From the IMG/VR virus record IMGVR_UViG_3300044512_002385, positions 1 to 35,695 of that record: a stretch of 35,695 nucleotides of DNA; one strand, given 5' to 3'. Under the pieces are notes generated by a model, which made no database searches, had not been told where the DNA came from, and saw only the letters and a list, made by a program, of their open reading frames with translations. This document shows positions 8,869-17,776 of the stretch, piece after piece. The position numbers and the translations under genes were made by a program. The stretch is from a virus. Taxonomy: Duplodnaviria > Caudoviricetes. The first letter of the stretch is position 1. The number at the start of each line of letters is the position of its first letter.

Positions 8869-9228
8869 ATGTTTAGCATGGCAAATTTATTTCAAAATCT
8901 CATGGCTAAAAAGCTAGGCGCTAAAATGGACAAGCTGTCCAATGCCGGCGATGTGGGTGCGTCTTTGTTAGATGATCCTTCACAAATTGGCGACATGATG
9001 AAAGATCGGTTCATGAATCGTCCGGTCATCGCTGCTGGGACGATGTCTCCTGAAGAATACGAAGAGTACATGCGCAATCAGGTTCTGATGGGCGAGCAGC
9101 AGGGTCCAGGGATGGCCATGCCGCCTTTGCCGCAAATGAATGCCCCGTACAGCCCTGTAGGTTTCGTTAACCAAACGCCTAATTATTTAAATTACGCGCA
9201 ACAATCTTTGGGAGGTCCGTATGGCTGA
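8869..9228 (+). CDS. Probable internal virion protein
   Basis: 119 aa, Met-rich, tightly packed in the ejection operon. Confidence 0.55.
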   Translation: MFSMANLFQNLMAKKLGAKMDKLSNAGDVGASLLDDPSQIGDMMKDRFMNRPVIAAGTMSPEEYEEYMRNQVLMGEQQGPGMAMPPLPQMNAPYSPVGFVNQTPNYLNYAQQSLGGPYG

Positions 9229-10528
9229 AGGTAATATTTACAACATGAGCCAACGGGAGTTGATGGAAGCGCTAACTCCCCCAGAGCCTGAAGACAAAGG
9301 GTTTCTCGGTAATCTGTTTACGCGTCGTTTTCTGAATCCGATGCAGGAAAGGCTTGGTATGCGAGAATCACTTGCAGATCAAATGAGGCGAGAGCAGATT
9401 GGCGCGTCACGCTTGGACGCCTTCCAAGATTTACAAGGAATGCAACGAGATCAGCAATTGCGACAGCAGCTCATTGCTGCGGGAGTCGATCCAAACACTG
9501 CAAACAGCTTGCCAATTGACAAAGTAGCAGATGCACTGGTTGCTAGGTCAGCACAAAGCTCGACGAATGTGTACGGCGACTTAGTGAGCAGCAACCCGCT
9601 GACAGGAGCTCAACAGGTATTATCTACTGCGCCTACTTCTGTGCGCGAATATAATTTTTCTCGTTCGCAAACACAGCCGCCTATTGCTCCCCAGACATAT
9701 GATGATTTTATTGCGCAGAGAAGAAGAAGCGAAGAGAGCAAACCGTCGGTAGTTAAAACTTACGAATACTTAGCGCAATTGAATCCAGCAATACACAACT
9801 TGCCTGCACAAGAGCAACAAGACTTACTGTTTAAAATAATTAGGCAAGATCCAGAGACGGCCGCGGAAATTGCGAAAAAACAACAGATGATGGCAGATGG
9901 CGGTGTTTTCCTTACTCCAGCAGAACGTGCGGTAGATGAGGCTTTTGGAAAAGATTTCGCTGCGTACAACGCTTTAGGTGGCGCATCGACAGGCCGCAAA
10001 AATATGAAAGAGCTGACAGAAATCATCGGCATTCTTTCAGCTCCCAGTAATCAGGAAACGATTACTGGTCGAGCAGTTTCCTTGATGCCTGAAGTAACAA
10101 GGCCGGATTTGACTCTCGACGTGCAAAACCGAGTCGAAAGAATTATCACAGAGGATCTTAGAGCAACATTAGGCGCACAATTTACCGAAAACGAGGCTAA
10201 GGCTTTTATTTCACGTAGTTTTAATCTTGCTTTGCCTGAATCGGTTAATGCCGATAGATTGCGCAGGCTTAGGGCCGCAATGTCTCAAGCGCATAAAGCG
10301 AAAGAGGATGCTGGAAAATATTACACGAAAAATGGAACAGTTAAGGGGTTTGATAACTTCAAAGACATCGCAAGTTTTGAGACAGCTATGTACAAAGTCG
10401 AAGACTATCGCGGTTTTACTAACGAAGAAATAGATGAAATGTTGCAGTTAGGTATTGAACAGCAATCGCCGATAAGCCGAGCCGAATATGACATTTTGTT
10501 AAAAGTTGCAGAAGCCAGAGGTCTATAG
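9221..10528 (+). CDS. Probable ejection protein
   Basis: GGAGG RBS, helical 435 aa, LRATLGAQFTENE motif. Confidence 0.6.
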   Translation: MAEGNIYNMSQRELMEALTPPEPEDKGFLGNLFTRRFLNPMQERLGMRESLADQMRREQIGASRLDAFQDLQGMQRDQQLRQQLIAAGVDPNTANSLPIDKVADALVARSAQSSTNVYGDLVSSNPLTGAQQVLSTAPTSVREYNFSRSQTQPPIAPQTYDDFIAQRRRSEESKPSVVKTYEYLAQLNPAIHNLPAQEQQDLLFKIIRQDPETAAEIAKKQQMMADGGVFLTPAERAVDEAFGKDFAAYNALGGASTGRKNMKELTEIIGILSAPSNQETITGRAVSLMPEVTRPDLTLDVQNRVERIITEDLRATLGAQFTENEAKAFISRSFNLALPESVNADRLRRLRAAMSQAHKAKEDAGKYYTKNGTVKGFDNFKDIASFETAMYKVEDYRGFTNEEIDEMLQLGIEQQSPISRAEYDILLKVAEARGL

Positions 10529-10537
10529 GAGATAGCT

Positions 10538-12139
10538 ATGAGCGATTACATAGAAAGAATGCGACGAGCGAGAGACGAAATAGAAAAGCAGAACCCCGTT
10601 CGTCAGTCGCAATCTCACCCGATGTCTTATGGGCAAATCTTTACTACTGCGCTACAGAACACCCCAAGAAGCGCAAAGCAATTTGTCGATGACACTTTGG
10701 CTCCGTTTTTAGAGCCAGGAGAAACCGCTGAAACTCTTTTGTCGCTTGGCAAAGGCTTGATTCAGCTTGCGATTCCAGGCGAACAGGCTGATGAAAAAAC
10801 TGCTAAAGCGGTAGGTCAGTTTTATGCAAACAGATACGGCAGTATAGAAAAGTTCAAAAGAGCCTTTGCAGAAGATCCTGTTGGAATCCTTGGTGACATT
10901 TCAGTCCTTGTTACTGGCGGTGGAACGGCAGCGGCGAGAGCACCTGGAGCAATAGGTAAGATTGGTAACGTGGTTAAGGAAGTCGGAGAAGCGATAGATC
11001 CATTAAATATCGGAATTCAAAGCGCTGCTTTAACTGGCCGAGTAGCAGGAGATGCTGTTTCTTCTGGATTGGGGATGACAACTGGGGCTGGCAAAGAATC
11101 AGTGTCTGAAGCTTTTTTAGCTGGTCGCGCTGGCGGCGAGAGGCAACAAAGATTCACAGATTCAATGCGTGGAGTTGAGGAGCCAGGAGCAATCGTTGAT
11201 GATGCGATGAGCGCGCTTCGTAACATGCGCACCGAGCGTGGGGCAAAATTTGGAGCAGGGAAACAAGCCCTTCAATTAGAAAAGATCCCCGTAGATATGG
11301 ACCGAGTTGCTTCTCAGTTTACGAGACTCGCAGATTCTTTTGTCTACGAGGGCGTTTCTGAGCTTTCTCCGAAAGGGCAAATGAAACTAGCAGAGCTGCA
11401 AAAAATCATTGGTCAATGGCAAAAAAGTCCAGGACTGCATACTGCAAAAGGGCTCGATATTTTAAAGCGACGGATTGATAACGCATACCCAACTGGGATC
11501 AATCCAGGAGATGAAGCGATGATTGCAAAAAGAACTCGCGACATCGTCATGGATGAAATTAGAGAGCAAGCGCCAGACTATACAAAAGTTATGAAGCCAT
11601 ACGAGGAGGCCATAAGGCTCGAAAGAGAAATACAGAAAGCCTTATCGTTAAACAAACAAGCCGCGGCAGACACTTCGCTGCGCAAGCTGCAAAGCGTAAT
11701 GCGCAACAACGTGAACGCCAATTTTGGTGAACGTTTAAACCTGGTTAACAAGCTAGAGGCAGCAGGCGACTATTACCTGTTGCCTCGTTTAGCCGGTCAG
11801 TCGCTTAACTCGTTTACACCACGAGGCTTGCAGGGGCTTGGCGCTACTGGTGTTGGTGTAGGAGGGTTGGCAAACCCATCAATGCTTGCTGCACTGCCTA
11901 CAATGTCGCCTCGCTTAGTCGGAGAGGCTTCTGTGGCGGCTGGTGCCGGTATGCGTAATATTGATCCCATTCTTGAGCAAGTAAGGTCGCCATTCAATTT
12001 CGCGCAAAAGGCATTAATGCCATATTCTTCACAAATACAGGCCGGTGCCATGGGGTCGAGAGTAACTGGTCAAACAGCAAGGGCTGGCGATGAAGATGAG
12101 CTAACAGCAGTTCAGCGTATGATGCTATCCGGTCAATAA
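10538..12139 (+). CDS. Probable ejection (DNA transfer) protein
   Basis: AGGAG RBS, 533 aa, LDILKRRI and SPRLVGEA motifs. Last gene of the late operon. Confidence 0.65.
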   Translation: MSDYIERMRRARDEIEKQNPVRQSQSHPMSYGQIFTTALQNTPRSAKQFVDDTLAPFLEPGETAETLLSLGKGLIQLAIPGEQADEKTAKAVGQFYANRYGSIEKFKRAFAEDPVGILGDISVLVTGGGTAAARAPGAIGKIGNVVKEVGEAIDPLNIGIQSAALTGRVAGDAVSSGLGMTTGAGKESVSEAFLAGRAGGERQQRFTDSMRGVEEPGAIVDDAMSALRNMRTERGAKFGAGKQALQLEKIPVDMDRVASQFTRLADSFVYEGVSELSPKGQMKLAELQKIIGQWQKSPGLHTAKGLDILKRRIDNAYPTGINPGDEAMIAKRTRDIVMDEIREQAPDYTKVMKPYEEAIRLEREIQKALSLNKQAAADTSLRKLQSVMRNNVNANFGERLNLVNKLEAAGDYYLLPRLAGQSLNSFTPRGLQGLGATGVGVGGLANPSMLAALPTMSPRLVGEASVAAGAGMRNIDPILEQVRSPFNFAQKALMPYSSQIQAGAMGSRVTGQTARAGDEDELTAVQRMMLSGQ

Positions 12140-12169
12140 ATTACACCAAAATTACACCAATCGAGCTAT

Positions 12170-12193
12170 GAGCCCAGTAAAAATGGGCTCTTT
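12170..12193 (+). terminator. Hairpin after the late operon
   Basis: GAGCCCA-GTAAAAA-TGGGCTC-TTT, with only a short U-tract. Confidence 0.45.
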
Positions 12194-12214
12194 CGATTCC
12201 GGCCCCGGGCACCA
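12192..12214 (+). mobile_element. attP: attP core: 3' fragment of a tRNA gene, probably tRNA-Leu
   Basis: TTCGATTCCGGCCCCGGGCACCA is a T-loop, 3' T-stem, acceptor strand, discriminator A and CCA. The 5' T-stem is absent, so it is not a full tRNA. Confidence 0.85.
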
Positions 12215-12374
12215 CGCCTTCCTACACTTTCTTACACTTACCCCCATAAAGCCCCATAAATAAAGGGTTTGCGAGCTTTACATTTGTCTTGTAAACCATT
12301 TAGATACACTTCTGTACACAATTTTACGTGTTTAATTACGCCAAATTACACCAAAAATTACGCCAGGGGTGAGC

Positions 12375-13355
12375 ATGAAAGGGACGTATACGAGGCGAGG
12401 CAATCGACTGCGTGCGGAGATCATGGTGAATGGCCGCCGCAAATCAAAAACATTCGACACAAAGCGCCAAGCGCAGGCTTGGGTGGCGGAAATGGTCACA
12501 GCAGGCACCGGAGTCGCGATAGCAACGGGCACGCTTCGCGAGCTCTGCGAGCGATACAAAAGCGAGGTGAGCGAAACAAAGCGAGGAGCACACTGGGAAG
12601 TCATTCGTTTAGATATGTACGCGCGCGATTATGCAGATCTGTTTGATCGGAAGCTGACATCGATTCAGCGCGAAGATATCGAGCGTGTAATTAAGGATCG
12701 TTTAAAGCAAGTCAAACCGAGCACAGTGAATCGAGACCTGAATCTCATCGGCAATGTTTTTAAGTATGGCCGACGCTGGCGAATGATGAGTCACAATCCC
12801 ATGACGGACATTAAACGACCAAAAGATCCAGAGGCTCGTAATCGTCGCATCTCAGATACAGAGATAGAGCAACTGTTAGTCGCTTTGAATTATTCCGATG
12901 ATTTGCCGATCACCAGTCAAAGACAAAAAGTCGCGATAGCATTCTTGGTTGCGCTGGAGACAGCAATGCGTCAGGGAGAAATAGGGAAGGTGAAGTGGTC
13001 TGATGTGCATCTTGATGAGCGGTACATTTATTTGCCTCAAACGATTACCAAGACCGCGGTATCGCGTAACGTGCCGCTATCAGCCCGGGCGATAGAGTTG
13101 ATACGAAGACTCGACCACAACAAAGAAACGATGCTAGGCGTCTCTGCCGGCGTTGTGAGCACAATGTTCAGGAAGGCTGTCGCGGACTGTGGGATCGAAG
13201 ACCTAACGTTTCACGATAGTCGGCATGAAGCTACAACCAGGCTGGCAGGGAAGCTGCAAGTGTTAGACCTCGCTCGCGTAACCGGGCATCGAGACATTAA
13301 GCAACTGATGACCTATTACAACAAAGACGCGCGCGAGCTCGCAGATTTGCTTTAG
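12375..13355 (+). CDS. int: Tyrosine integrase
   Basis: Catalytic set TAMRQGE (R), TKT (K), HDSRH (HxxR), GH and TYY (Y). Adjacent to attP. Start is ATG 12375 or GTG 12369. Confidence 0.95.
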   Translation: MKGTYTRRGNRLRAEIMVNGRRKSKTFDTKRQAQAWVAEMVTAGTGVAIATGTLRELCERYKSEVSETKRGAHWEVIRLDMYARDYADLFDRKLTSIQREDIERVIKDRLKQVKPSTVNRDLNLIGNVFKYGRRWRMMSHNPMTDIKRPKDPEARNRRISDTEIEQLLVALNYSDDLPITSQRQKVAIAFLVALETAMRQGEIGKVKWSDVHLDERYIYLPQTITKTAVSRNVPLSARAIELIRRLDHNKETMLGVSAGVVSTMFRKAVADCGIEDLTFHDSRHEATTRLAGKLQVLDLARVTGHRDIKQLMTYYNKDARELADLL

Positions 13356-13582
13356 TTTTTAGCCCAACGCACCACATCGGCTTTAAGCCAGACTGAGCCG
13401 GTGCCCCGGGCTTTGGGGAACCCAGGCTGCTTCGCGACTCGTTCTGCAAAATATCGTTTTTTGAAATGCAGATAATCTGCGCACTCTTGTGCATCCCATA
13501 ACACTTCATGATCTTTTGGCGCCTTGCTGATTTGATGCGCGATCTTTTCCGCAAGCAGATCGTAATCTATAGCGAGATCCAT
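13352..13582 (-). CDS. xis: Excisionase (AlpA/Xis-type winged helix)
   Basis: LWDAQECADYL...GFPKA...VWLKADVVRW. Convergent with int. Confidence 0.8.
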   Translation of the reverse strand: MDLAIDYDLLAEKIAHQISKAPKDHEVLWDAQECADYLHFKKRYFAERVAKQPGFPKARGTGSVWLKADVVRWAKN

Positions 13583-13680
13583 AGCGCCACCACCATGCTT
13601 GTAATGACAGAAGCTATTACAAAGTTTAACAGGCTGCTCTTTTGCGGGAGGTTATCTCCCCATCGTCTTTGCTTAAACAT
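13567..13680 (-). CDS. Small membrane peptide (37 aa)
   Basis: Not in the ORF track. MFKQRRWGDNLPQKSSLLNFVIASVITSMVVALWISL overlaps both neighbours. Confidence 0.5.
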   Translation of the reverse strand: MFKQRRWGDNLPQKSSLLNFVIASVITSMVVALWISL

Positions 13681-13984
13681 CGCTATCGATCCTTGTTATG
13701 TCTTCTTCTTCGCTGAAGGTTTTAAAACCTCGGGCACTCCTAAATTCTTCTTGTTCTGGGCAGTCGCCGGTCTCCAGCTCCATCGCAATCAGTAGCTCTG
13801 CGTAGTGAATGATCTTTCTTAGATCGTCCAGATTGCCGGTGTGCTTTCGTTTCCATCGACACGCGTACTTCACGATGCTGCTCTCTGCTGCGCCAAGGCC
13901 ATTCTTTTGGCAGAAGCGAATCGGCTCTATCGCAAAGTCTTTGTAATGATCACCACCAACTTGGCGGTCGAACGGTCTGCTCAT
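13673..13984 (-). CDS. DUF3310 / T7 gp1.7-like nucleotide kinase domain protein
   Basis: QVGGDHY...IEPI...IVKYACRWKRK...DLRKIIHYAELLI. Confidence 0.8.
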   Translation of the reverse strand: MSRPFDRQVGGDHYKDFAIEPIRFCQKNGLGAAESSIVKYACRWKRKHTGNLDDLRKIIHYAELLIAMELETGDCPEQEEFRSARGFKTFSEEEDITRIDSDV

Positions 13985-14213
13985 AATCTTGCTCCTTCTC
14001 TAATTCTGTCTCGTCAAAATCGTAGGGTCGCCATTTAGCTCTCACCCAATGATCTGCTGGCTTGCAAAGCCACACTTCTAAATCAAAACTTTTCTTTCGA
14101 ACGCACCGCCTGCACAGCGCCGTCTTCTTCTTAATCCAGTGATCGCAACCTGGGCATTTCTTGTAATGCTCTGCCGAATAGCTATGGGGCAAGCGCTTCA
14201 CAGAAGTGCTCAC
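13950..14213 (-). CDS. Hypothetical zinc-finger protein
   Basis: CPGC...CRRC, within the leftward operon. Confidence 0.55.
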   Translation of the reverse strand: MSTSVKRLPHSYSAEHYKKCPGCDHWIKKKTALCRRCVRKKSFDLEVWLCKPADHWVRAKWRPYDFDETELEKEQDYEQTVRPPSWW

Positions 14214-14373
14214 ACTCGTTTTTTGTAGTTAGAAAACTTTTAGGTACGGCGTCATCAAAAATCACGCACCAGTTGAATATCAAGTTCTCGCAGTAGCCGC
14301 AGGATTGTCTCGGGTACTTGAACTGAATCTTCTCTGCGCTGACTTCTCGTTTAGTCGTTTGACGCTTCATCAA
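14182..14373 (-). CDS. Small Cys-rich hypothetical protein
   Basis: CGYC...C...C pattern, overlapping neighbours. Confidence 0.55.
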   Translation of the reverse strand: MMKRQTTKREVSAEKIQFKYPRQSCGYCENLIFNWCVIFDDAVPKSFLTTKNECEHFCEALAP

Positions 14374-14485
14374 CCAAGCCTTCTATGATTGATAAAAGTC
14401 GAGACAGCGTTTCTGCGATCTCGTCTTGCTGATTCAAAAAACGATCCATGTCTTCGCCTTCGACCTGTATAAATATTTTGCTCAC
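14351..14485 (-). CDS. Small acidic hypothetical protein (44 aa)
   Basis: Not in the ORF track. GTG start overlapping the nuclease stop, GGAGG RBS. MSKIFIQVEGEDMDRFLNQQDEIAETLSRLLSIIEGLVDEASND. Confidence 0.55.
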   Translation of the reverse strand: MSKIFIQVEGEDMDRFLNQQDEIAETLSRLLSIIEGLVDEASND

Positions 14486-15528
14486 CCTGTTACCTCCGCA
14501 CTGAAATTTTCCCGGAACTGATCAACGCCTGGATCGCCGATGGCTTTAACGTCGCGTGCTCGGCTTATTTCTTTCGACGAGTAGCCGCCGAGCCCATTGA
14601 TGAACTCATGACCCGTCAATTTATTTTTATAGGTGACGTGCTCTTCAGTGCCGTCTTGCACCTCGGCCCAAGTTTCAAGCAGCTCAGGGATAAACAGGTG
14701 CTTGTCGCAGGCAAGTCGTTGATCCTCGACGCTAATATCTTTCTTATGACGAGCGCATGACCATCTCGCATCGCCATCGATCTCTGCTGTCGCGAAAGCA
14801 CAGGTGCGGCAGCTCAGTGCGGGCGTCTCATAGCCGTGGCAGAGGAAGCTGTGGTCGCAGAATTTGCACTTGTAGAATGAAGGATCGTTGCTAATCCCCT
14901 CGGGCGGCCGATCGCTTGTGATGATGTGCTCGGCCTTGCGGATTAGAGCCTCCGCAGCAGGCTTGTCGTACTCGACGCGCTCGTAGTACAGCGCATCGTT
15001 ATTCTTATTGACTGCCTGGTAAAACGCCCAAGGTAAATCCATTAGATGCATATAGACTTGCATCTGCGCGTAATGCTCGGGCTTTGACTTTTCGACGCCT
15101 TTCTTCTGTACGTCTTCGAAACTTTTTGCAGCGTGCGTCTTTTGCTCAGAGACGTGCGGTACTTGCGGAGCTTCCCGCAGCCCCATCACCACGCCGTCTA
15201 AGCTGCCTCCGAAATGACCACCGACTGCCTCAACCCTGAATTGCTGCTTAGTATCAGGATCGACATCCCAGACCGTTACGCCGGCCTGAGTGAGCAGATG
15301 ATTGAACCAATCCTCTTCGCGGGCTCCGCGTGCAAAAAGGCGCAACAGACGCGCTTTGTGAACAACGACGGTCCCCCATCGAAAACTAAACCAAAGTTCG
15401 CGCTTGCACTCCCGGCCAATGATCGATCCGCCGAGGTGAGCCCGGCCACCATCGGTGGCCTGACCCGACTCAAGCGCTCGCTCCACGGCGTTGAGGGTAG
15501 TATCCGCTGGCTCTGGTAATGCCACCAT
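14482..15528 (-). CDS. PD-(D/E)XK exonuclease, Cas4-like with Fe-S-type cysteines
   Basis: N-terminal Cys (ECKRELW), GSLDG, SEQKT, QMQVYM, and C-terminal CKFCDHSFLC. Start probably MVALP at 15528. Confidence 0.8.
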   Translation of the reverse strand: MVALPEPADTTLNAVERALESGQATDGGRAHLGGSIIGRECKRELWFSFRWGTVVVHKARLLRLFARGAREEDWFNHLLTQAGVTVWDVDPDTKQQFRVEAVGGHFGGSLDGVVMGLREAPQVPHVSEQKTHAAKSFEDVQKKGVEKSKPEHYAQMQVYMHLMDLPWAFYQAVNKNNDALYYERVEYDKPAAEALIRKAEHIITSDRPPEGISNDPSFYKCKFCDHSFLCHGYETPALSCRTCAFATAEIDGDARWSCARHKKDISVEDQRLACDKHLFIPELLETWAEVQDGTEEHVTYKNKLTGHEFINGLGGYSSKEISRARDVKAIGDPGVDQFRENFSAEVTG

Positions 15529-15530
15529 GC

Positions 15531-16034
15531 CTACTCCCAAGGCTTCTTGCCAGCAGGGGCTGTTGCGGGCTCTGGAGTGGCAGCAGGGGCAGTAGAAGGC
15601 GCGGCAGCAGGGGTCGCGACAGCCTGCAATGCATCGGCTGGGGAGTACGCTTTGATCTCGTTAGATGCTGCATAATCACCATTCGCTGGCTGTATTGCGA
15701 CCTTTATGGTCATTGGCTTATGGTGCAGCTCTTCGCTGTCACCGATTGCACTTTTCCCCACCGCCCGACAAATGCTGGAAAGATCCCGCTGCGCAATCTC
15801 CACGGCTTTAGGGTTAGGGTTGTCAAGATTTAGCCTAGAACGTATCCACTTACCGGCGTACTGGTTGTCGATTACTTCAAACTTTAGCTCTAGGTAATTG
15901 CCAGTTCCTGCTTTCGTGGGCTTCATTTCACTGTCGATAATGACAGCCTTGTACAAGCCCTCTGGGATCGGGTCGTACTTGCTGGACTCGTCAGTGAAGC
16001 TAACTTCATCTGCTTGAAAACTTAGTGTCGCCAT
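15531..16034 (-). CDS. Single-stranded DNA-binding protein (DUF669-like)
   Basis: YDPIPEGLY...GNYLELKFEV...AVEIAQRDLSSICRAVG, with an Ala/Pro tail ending KPWE. Confidence 0.8.
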   Translation of the reverse strand: MATLSFQADEVSFTDESSKYDPIPEGLYKAVIIDSEMKPTKAGTGNYLELKFEVIDNQYAGKWIRSRLNLDNPNPKAVEIAQRDLSSICRAVGKSAIGDSEELHHKPMTIKVAIQPANGDYAASNEIKAYSPADALQAVATPAAAPSTAPAATPEPATAPAGKKPWE

Positions 16035-16036
16035 TT

Positions 16037-16795
16037 TTACTTCTCCGTACTTGTTGCGTTAACGATTGCTTGTTCGAAGGCTGCCCAGGTGAGGTCGATC
16101 TCATCAGGTAAGCCGTATCGATTCTTTGCGATGTACCCAGGCGTTTCTGTGGTGCAGAGCACGCGCTCGCCAGTGCTGATACCGCGCACTCGCGTCTGGT
16201 TAAATCCTTTGTCTTCTTTCTTGGTGATGATCTTGTGCTTCGCGAACAGCACGCTATCGACCGACTCTTGAATGAGCCCGCTGGCTTTTGCGTGCAGCTT
16301 GATCTCGTAGCGGTCATAAGACTCAGTGTCGGGGCTGTTGTAAGCGCGGATGTGCGTGTGCGCGATTAAGATCAACGACATGTTTTTGTGCATGCGCAGT
16401 GAGTTAATCGCAGCTAGAAACTCGCGCCAGTAATCAAGCGCGAAGACATAGCCTTTTCCGTAGCCAAACTCTTCAATCGACTTCTTGCCCTCGACTTGGC
16501 AGACCTTCTTCCAGATCAGAGGCTCTAAGTGATCAAGGCTATCGAGCACTAGCGTCTCGTAATCATGATCATGCTCAATCAGCGCGGTGATCGCTTCGAT
16601 CAGCTCGTCATATGATTTCAGTAGCGGAAACGCAGACAGCTCAAGCGCACCTTCGCCGGCTTCAGTTTGTAAAAAGATCGGGTTAGGCGCGGCAGCCGCG
16701 AACGTGGTTTTACCCACGCCCGCAGAGCCGAATACGATCATGCTTGGCGGCTTCAGGCCGCTAGTCTTTTTGATTGCGGATAAATCGATAGCCAT
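16037..16795 (-). CDS. sak4: Sak4-like ssDNA-annealing ATPase (AAA_24)
   Basis: Walker A GSAGVGKTT, Walker B LVLDSLD, GYGKGY and AKNR. Adjacent to the SSB and exonuclease genes. Confidence 0.85.
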   Translation of the reverse strand: MAIDLSAIKKTSGLKPPSMIVFGSAGVGKTTFAAAAPNPIFLQTEAGEGALELSAFPLLKSYDELIEAITALIEHDHDYETLVLDSLDHLEPLIWKKVCQVEGKKSIEEFGYGKGYVFALDYWREFLAAINSLRMHKNMSLILIAHTHIRAYNSPDTESYDRYEIKLHAKASGLIQESVDSVLFAKHKIITKKEDKGFNQTRVRGISTGERVLCTTETPGYIAKNRYGLPDEIDLTWAAFEQAIVNATSTEK

Positions 16796-17220
16796 TAGAT
16801 ATCACCCCCTGTAATAGAAATGTTGGGCTTGGCAGGGGAGTGAGTGAAAGCTCTCGCGATCTTGCGGTACGTCTCTGGCTCGTTGCTGCGCAGATACTTC
16901 AAGCGAGCAACGTCGATCGTTTGCGTGAGTTTTAATGGCAGCATGTTCGCTGGCACACTTTCGCGAATTGCTTGCAGCGCAATGTCATCGAGCTTGTAGT
17001 TGTTTTTTGTGGTTAGCTTGATCTTCCGACCAAACGTTGTGGTGGTTGTCGCACTGCCTTCCTCACGTTGCGCGAGGTGCGGGATGAGCTGTCGCTCGAT
17101 CTCTATGCGACGGGCCCGGCAGTTGTCTTCCAGCGTTTTTTGCTGGAGCCACTGTTCGGCTAGTACGTCAAGGTTGGGTTCGTTGTGTGAGGGTGTAACT
17201 TCGTTTCTGTTTGCATCCAT
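16795..17220 (-). CDS. Hypothetical recombination-module protein
   Basis: 141 aa with an N-terminal coiled coil. First gene of the leftward operon. Confidence 0.7.
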   Translation of the reverse strand: MDANRNEVTPSHNEPNLDVLAEQWLQQKTLEDNCRARRIEIERQLIPHLAQREEGSATTTTTFGRKIKLTTKNNYKLDDIALQAIRESVPANMLPLKLTQTIDVARLKYLRSNEPETYRKIARAFTHSPAKPNISITGGDI

Positions 17221-17250
17221 CGTTCATCTCTCGTTTCATGTCGAAATGAG

Positions 17251-17293
17251 AGCATAAACGATTATTGTAATCGCTGTCTACCAAATGGTTACA
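17251..17293 (-). promoter_or_regulatory. Leftward early promoter with overlapping operator
   Basis: Minus strand TAGACA-N18-TATGCT. The -35 lies inside TGTAACCATTTGGTAGACA (17293-17275). Confidence 0.65.
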
Positions 17294-17299
17294 ATAATT

Positions 17300-17776
17300 T
17301 TAGGCGCGAATCTTATCGTTGATATACAGACCAAGAACAAGCGACTTCGAAAACAGATTTTGAGCTTTTGCTGTTGCCACCAACTCATCAACAAGGTGAT
17401 CTGGAATTTGTTTGTTATAGATTCGATTGCCATGTCCCCAGAGCATGTGCGTCTTACGTACTTGGATGACGCAACTTGCTGTGCCTGTGCGTCGGAGGTT
17501 CTTTAGGAAGTCGTTGTTTTTCATGTGCTGCGCAACAAGTTGTTTGCGCGACCAAAAATCATGACAGGTCATGATTTGGCCTTGCCTTTCGTTACTGGCA
17601 CAGCAAGGTTTGTCGCATGTGCCTTCACAGCAAGAGCCGACGTGCCAGATTTCCCATTCGCCTGTGCTACAACAATGATAATTCTCGTTCAAATAGATTT
17701 GGTCTATCGTATCCCGGACAAACTGTGATGCTAGTCTTTTAACCACTGGCTCCTGTAGCTCGCTTATTTTTCCCAT
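17300..17776 (-). CDS. Cys-rich hypothetical protein downstream of the repressor
   Basis: 158 aa, overlaps the repressor stop, three CC pairs. Confidence 0.6.
   Translation of the reverse strand: MGKISELQEPVVKRLASQFVRDTIDQIYLNENYHCCSTGEWEIWHVGSCCEGTCDKPCCASNERQGQIMTCHDFWSRKQLVAQHMKNNDFLKNLRRTGTASCVIQVRKTHMLWGHGNRIYNKQIPDHLVDELVATAKAQNLFSKSLVLGLYINDKIRA

Larger units (their letters stand above)
12138..12365. repeat. Integrase arm-type sites of attP: five direct copies of AATTACRCCA
   Basis: Two copies in 12138-12160 and three at 12334, 12344 and 12356, flanking the core. Confidence 0.85.

Noticed and set aside
12140-12214. Complete tRNA gene
   Set aside because: Only the T-loop to CCA is present. 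The 5' T-stem, D arm and anticodon arm are missing, so it is an attP core.
17228-17252. Inverted repeat CTCTCGTTTC/GAAATGAGAG as a terminator or RBS-occluding hairpin
   Set aside because: The stem is imperfect with no U-tract, and the predicted start site falls inside one arm. Function is unsupported.
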